From Candidatus Poribacteria bacterium (GTDB lineage: Bacteria; Poribacteria; WGA-4E; WGA-3G), in contig CAXXUA010000005.1 of the NCBI GenBank assembly GCA_963663765.2, positions 576,001 to 640,000 of the forward strand: 64,000 nt of DNA, given 5' to 3'. Every line of letters starts with the position of its first letter. The first letter of the stretch is position 1. Below the pieces are notes generated by a model. The model was given only the letters and a program-made list of their open reading frames with translations, was not told where the DNA came from and did no database searches. The translations under genes and the position numbers were made by a program. Shown here one piece after another: positions 59,814-64,000 of this stretch.

Positions 59814-61469
59814 TTACGGTTTAACATCCTTCACACAACGAAATCCCAGTACAGATTCCGTTCGATCCGGAAGATAATAACCTCGATCATATACGGTTAT
59901 ATGTCTTTTCGTATCATTCCATGATCCACCACGTGTTGACCGATGGTATCCTTTATCATCTGTTTCAAAATTAGATACAATTTCCGTAATACTGCCACCT
60001 TCAATAGGATTTTTGTACGGTGATTTACGATAAAATTCCCAATTAATTTCATCAAGACACCACTCCGAAACGTTGCCTGACATATCATAGAGACCGAAAC
60101 CATTCTCAAGAGATGCACCAACAGGAACTGTATCTCCAATATTACTACTACGGTAGTTTGCTTTATTCGCATCAATTGAATCACCCCACGGATAATGTTT
60201 ACCGTTCAACCCACCCCTTGCAGCTATTTCCCATTCCGCCTCTGTTGGCAAACGTTTACCTGCCCATTTTGCGTAAGCCATGGCAGCATACCAACTTACG
60301 TATGTAACTGGATGGTTTTCTTCCCCATGTGGGTAGTTATTCCCATACCAGTCGTATAAGTAATCGCCATCATGGAATTTTGGGTCAATCTTTGATTTAC
60401 GCCATTGTGGATTTGCAAGGATAAACTTCTTATATTGTGCGTTTGTCACCTCAAACTTGTCAATGTAAAATGCATCTACATAAACTTTATGTTCTGGTAT
60501 AGTATATTTATATGCGTTCTTACCTTCATATCCCATATTAAATTCACTTGCGGGAATCATGACCATTCTATCATTTTCAATTAAATCTACCGCACACCGA
60601 AAACCAGTATCCGGACTTGTTGTATTTGCCGAATCGCTGCCGCGCCCATCCACAGAAATCTCTCTTGGACTACTGATCCAGCCGCCTCCACGTTTTACTC
60701 GTGGACCGTTCATCAAATCTGCAGGGGGAATATTTTCAAAATTTAATATAATCTCGGTAATGCTTTCAGCACCTGCAATGGGATTATTTACAGGTCTACC
60801 ACGTGGATAAACCTTATAGTAAATACTAATATATTCATCAAGACACCACTCGGAGACATTTCCAGATACTTCATACAGTCCATACCCATTCTCGGGATAA
60901 GTGCCAACAGGTACAGTATCACCTATGATATCATGATCAATACCAATACGATAATTTGCTTTATTTTCGTCGTTCACATTGCCCCATGGAAAATATTGAT
61001 CTTTTGTGCCACCTCGCGCGGCTTTTTCCCATTCTGCTTCAGTCGGTAGGCGTTTCCCTGCCCACTTCGCGTAAGCTACCGCAGCATACCAACTGACATT
61101 AGTTACAGGGTGGTTTTCTTTATCGGGAGGGTAATTATTGTCAGTCCAATGGTGTAAGTATTTACCATCATGAAACTTTTTGTTGATGTTCTTTTTCTGC
61201 CATTCTGGATTCGCGAGGATAAATTTCTTATATTGACCATTAGTCACTTCGTATTTGTCCATGTAGAAGGCATCAACATAAACTATGTGTGCGGGTTTTG
61301 TAGATTTCAATGCTCCCGCATCATCATTTCCCATCTTAAATTCACCTGCAGGAATTAGTGCCATATCTTTCAGATTAGGTTTTTCTTCTTCGTTAGGATA
61401 ACAGTGAAATGATGCAATAGTGAATAAACATAATAGTATCAAAAACAGTGTGAAACATCTCTTTGTCAT
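59814..61469 (-). CDS. Secreted protein with two FGE-sulfatase (SUMF1-like) domains
   Basis: Two copies of EVTNxQY...RLPTEAEWExAARGG...GNVSEWC...RGGxW...GFRC; no catalytic Cys pair. Confidence 0.92.
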   Translation of the reverse strand: MTKRCFTLFLILLCLFTIASFHCYPNEEEKPNLKDMALIPAGEFKMGNDDAGALKSTKPAHIVYVDAFYMDKYEVTNGQYKKFILANPEWQKKNINKKFHDGKYLHHWTDNNYPPDKENHPVTNVSWYAAVAYAKWAGKRLPTEAEWEKAARGGTKDQYFPWGNVNDENKANYRIGIDHDIIGDTVPVGTYPENGYGLYEVSGNVSEWCLDEYISIYYKVYPRGRPVNNPIAGAESITEIILNFENIPPADLMNGPRVKRGGGWISSPREISVDGRGSDSANTTSPDTGFRCAVDLIENDRMVMIPASEFNMGYEGKNAYKYTIPEHKVYVDAFYIDKFEVTNAQYKKFILANPQWRKSKIDPKFHDGDYLYDWYGNNYPHGEENHPVTYVSWYAAMAYAKWAGKRLPTEAEWEIAARGGLNGKHYPWGDSIDANKANYRSSNIGDTVPVGASLENGFGLYDMSGNVSEWCLDEINWEFYRKSPYKNPIEGGSITEIVSNFETDDKGYHRSTRGGSWNDTKRHITVYDRGYYLPDRTESVLGFRCVKDVKP

Positions 61470-61535
61470 TGCTTATACCTCAATAGTCTTATCAACTAAG
61501 TGATCTAAAACTGTGTATTACAGTTTAGTATTGTC

Positions 61536-62174
61536 TTAGGGTGATAGTCTATTAATTACCCAACTACCCTCTTTCAAATTATAACGAATGCGATCATGCA
61601 GACGACTTGGACAACCTTGCCAGAATTCATACATGTTTGGAATCAGTCTGTAGCCACCCCAATGTGGTGGGCGCGGAATTTCAGCACTTGTATACTTCTC
61701 TTTAGCTATTTCAAAGTTTTTTACCAGATGTTCCCGTTCAGGTATTACGATACTTTGACGTTCTGCCCATACTGCAAGTTGACTATCAATCGGACGACTG
61801 GCAAAATAGGCATCTGATTCCGCTGCTGTCATCTTTTCAACTATGCCGTTAATCCTTACCTGGCGATCAAGTTCCCGCCAATAGAATACCAGTGAGGCAT
61901 GCGGATTTATCGCTATCTCTTTCCCTTTTTGACTGTCATAGTCTGTATAAAAACAATATCCGTTTTGATCGTACCCTCTGAGCACAACCATACGCGCAGA
62001 CGGGATGCCCTCAAGTGTTGCTGTTGCAAGTGTCATCGCATCAGGCAGGTCAATCTCTGCTGTTATCGCCTCATTAAACCATATTTCAAATTGGTCAACA
62101 GGATTTTCCGCAATGTTACTTTCAGCCAATCCTTCACGAGCTTGATATTCCCTTCGAAGTTTATTATTGTCCAT
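61536..62174 (-). CDS. pdxH: Pyridoxamine 5'-phosphate oxidase
   Basis: PSARMVVL, RQVRING, EFWQG..SRLHDR, RLSP motifs. Confidence 0.95.
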   Translation of the reverse strand: MDNNKLRREYQAREGLAESNIAENPVDQFEIWFNEAITAEIDLPDAMTLATATLEGIPSARMVVLRGYDQNGYCFYTDYDSQKGKEIAINPHASLVFYWRELDRQVRINGIVEKMTAAESDAYFASRPIDSQLAVWAERQSIVIPEREHLVKNFEIAKEKYTSAEIPRPPHWGGYRLIPNMYEFWQGCPSRLHDRIRYNLKEGSWVINRLSP

Positions 62175-62175
62175 T

Positions 62176-63693
62176 TTATTTCTTCCAGTAATTCGGATAA
62201 AAAAGAATAAGCACAGTATAAAGTTCTAAACGACCCAGCAACATGCAGAAAGTTAATACAAATTTACCAGCAGCATGGATATGCGCATAATTATCTAAGG
62301 GACCAACATCACCAAGACCAGGACCGATGTTACCCATCGTAGCAATAGTGCAACCCGCAGCAGTCACTAAATCTAAACCCAAGGTCGACATGATACATGT
62401 TACTATAGCAAATATTCCTATAAAAAAGAAAAAGAATCCGAGAACATGTGTGAGAACTTCAGACGACACAACTTTGTCGTTAACACGAACCGGCAATACT
62501 GCATGCGGAAAAATTAACCTCTTGATTTCCGCACCACTTTGCTTAATAAGAAGTAGGAAACGCAACTGTTTCATACCACCACCCGTTGATCCAGCGCACC
62601 CACCATAGAACATCAGCGTGACTAAAATAAACTGCGACAACGCTGGCCACATTTCAAAATCTGCTGACCCGTATCCAGTTGTTGTTGTGATTGACAGAAC
62701 TTGGAAAGATGCATGACGTATAGAATCCCATACGGAATCATACACAATTTCACCTGCTTCGTTTGCAAAACGAACTGTATTCCAAGATACAAGTAAAATA
62801 CTTGCAAGAATCACGCTACAATAGAATCGGAATTCGGTATCTCTAAAGTAACTTTTGACATCACCACGGAGCGCACGATAATGCAATGCAAAATTGGTGC
62901 CAGCAAGAAACATAAAAATAATGATGACGACTTCAATATACACACTATTGTAATGTGCTATGCTGCCGTTTTTCGTAGAAAATCCTCCAGTCGCCATTGT
63001 CCCAAACGTATGGCATAGTGCATCAAAAAGGGTCATGTCCCCCAGCCATAACAACAATGTTTCCAGTACTGATAAAAGGATATAGACTCCCCAAAGTAAT
63101 TTTGCTGTTTGTGCAATACGGGGCGTGAGTCGATCTGTCTGCGGTCCTGGTGCCTCCGCACGAAACAGCTGCATACCTCCAACACCCAGCATCGGAAGAA
63201 TCGCTACTGCAAGCACAACAATTCCCATGCCACCCAACCAATGACTGAAACTACGCCAAAACAGCATTACATGTGATAAGTGTTCAATCTCCGTGAGAAC
63301 TGTCGCTCCAGTAGTAGAAAAACCGGACATAGACTCAAAATAGCAGAAAGAAAATTCCACCCACGAAGTGCGTCCGGTTTCTGAGAAAACTCCTGCAAAT
63401 AGATATGGAAATGAACCAAACAAAGCAACTACAACCCATCCTAAAGCAACAATTGCAAAACCTTCACGTATCCCCAGTTCGTGTTCAGCAGGCCTCACAG
63501 TGAACCGAAGTATCAAACCAGCACATAAGGTTAATACAGCCGTGTATATAAAAGCAAATAGGTCTTCTTTCGGTTCACCCGCATTGAAATAGTAGTATAA
63601 TGCAATCCCTAACGGTAAAAGCATTGTACCCGATAAGAATATCAATAGGTTACCAAGTGTGTGAAAAATCAGTTTTCGACTCATAAGGGCCAA
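62176..63693 (-). CDS. trkH: TrkH family potassium uptake protein
   Basis: SGFSTTGAT, TGGFS, TTTGY, GGCAGSTGGG, GNIGPG, GRLE motifs. Confidence 0.95.
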   Translation of the reverse strand: MALMSRKLIFHTLGNLLIFLSGTMLLPLGIALYYYFNAGEPKEDLFAFIYTAVLTLCAGLILRFTVRPAEHELGIREGFAIVALGWVVVALFGSFPYLFAGVFSETGRTSWVEFSFCYFESMSGFSTTGATVLTEIEHLSHVMLFWRSFSHWLGGMGIVVLAVAILPMLGVGGMQLFRAEAPGPQTDRLTPRIAQTAKLLWGVYILLSVLETLLLWLGDMTLFDALCHTFGTMATGGFSTKNGSIAHYNSVYIEVVIIIFMFLAGTNFALHYRALRGDVKSYFRDTEFRFYCSVILASILLVSWNTVRFANEAGEIVYDSVWDSIRHASFQVLSITTTTGYGSADFEMWPALSQFILVTLMFYGGCAGSTGGGMKQLRFLLLIKQSGAEIKRLIFPHAVLPVRVNDKVVSSEVLTHVLGFFFFFIGIFAIVTCIMSTLGLDLVTAAGCTIATMGNIGPGLGDVGPLDNYAHIHAAGKFVLTFCMLLGRLELYTVLILFYPNYWKK

Positions 63694-63889
63694 CTTAAGT
63701 ATAAATTTTAGTCACAGGACTGATGTAATATCTGATAGACATATACACAAGGTAGGAAATAAGAAAACATAAACACGTTATATAACAAGACTTTAAAAAT
63801 GTCATAGAATATAATCATATCAAAATATGAAAAAATGTCAATTCAATTCTCTATTTGGGGTGTGTAAAGTTTTTGTAGAAACCCTGATA

Positions 63890-64000
63890 TTATAGTGGAT
63901 TTTAGAATTATTTTTACACTTTCAGGTGTAGGAGGGAACTCCGATTCCCGACTATCAAGGTGTTCAGTCGCGATTCGGAGATCGCTCCTACAGAAAAAGT
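63890..64000. mobile_element. MITE family G, partial (runs off the window)
   Basis: Reverse complement of the right part of 29694-29865. Confidence 0.75.

Noticed and set aside
59814-61469. DGR target (FGE/C-type lectin fold) or active formylglycine-generating enzyme
   Set aside because: No reverse transcriptase or adenine-variant template repeat is visible in the window, and the catalytic cysteines after RGGxW are absent.
1-64000. tRNA/rRNA genes, prophage, integron attC array
   Set aside because: None were recognisable by eye, and the intergenic hairpins are explained by REP/MITE families and terminators.

Overview
This is a moderately AT-rich bacterial window with most genes on the minus strand. 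Gene content suggests Candidatus Poribacteria (inference): a LamG protein with a VxPxxKLxTxWGxIK-type tail, PhyH dioxygenases, Uma2 proteins, WD40 and sulfatase-like proteins, and many ECF sigma fusions. The left half has carbohydrate and hydrolase genes and five ECF sigma factors. Four of these are fused to C-terminal domains: a beta-propeller, two helical/TPR-like domains, and an FtsZ GTPase domain lacking its T7 loop. All four fusions have an in-frame Shine-Dalgarno + ATG just after sigma region 4. The right half has a complex I (nuo) operon that lacks nuoI and is interrupted by a Na+/H+ antiporter-like gene, an orphan adenine MTase, Uma2 cassettes and hicBA. It is followed by a tnpB-only IS200/IS605 element, a tandem FGE-fold protein, pdxH and trkH. 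Intergenic DNA is full of nested MITEs from several terminal-repeat families, most carrying GTAG-type REP hairpins. An orphan TnpB omegaRNA/right-end remnant at about 18.85-18.98 kb has a putative guide that nearly matches the neighbouring ECF gene. All calls are by eye, with no database searches.
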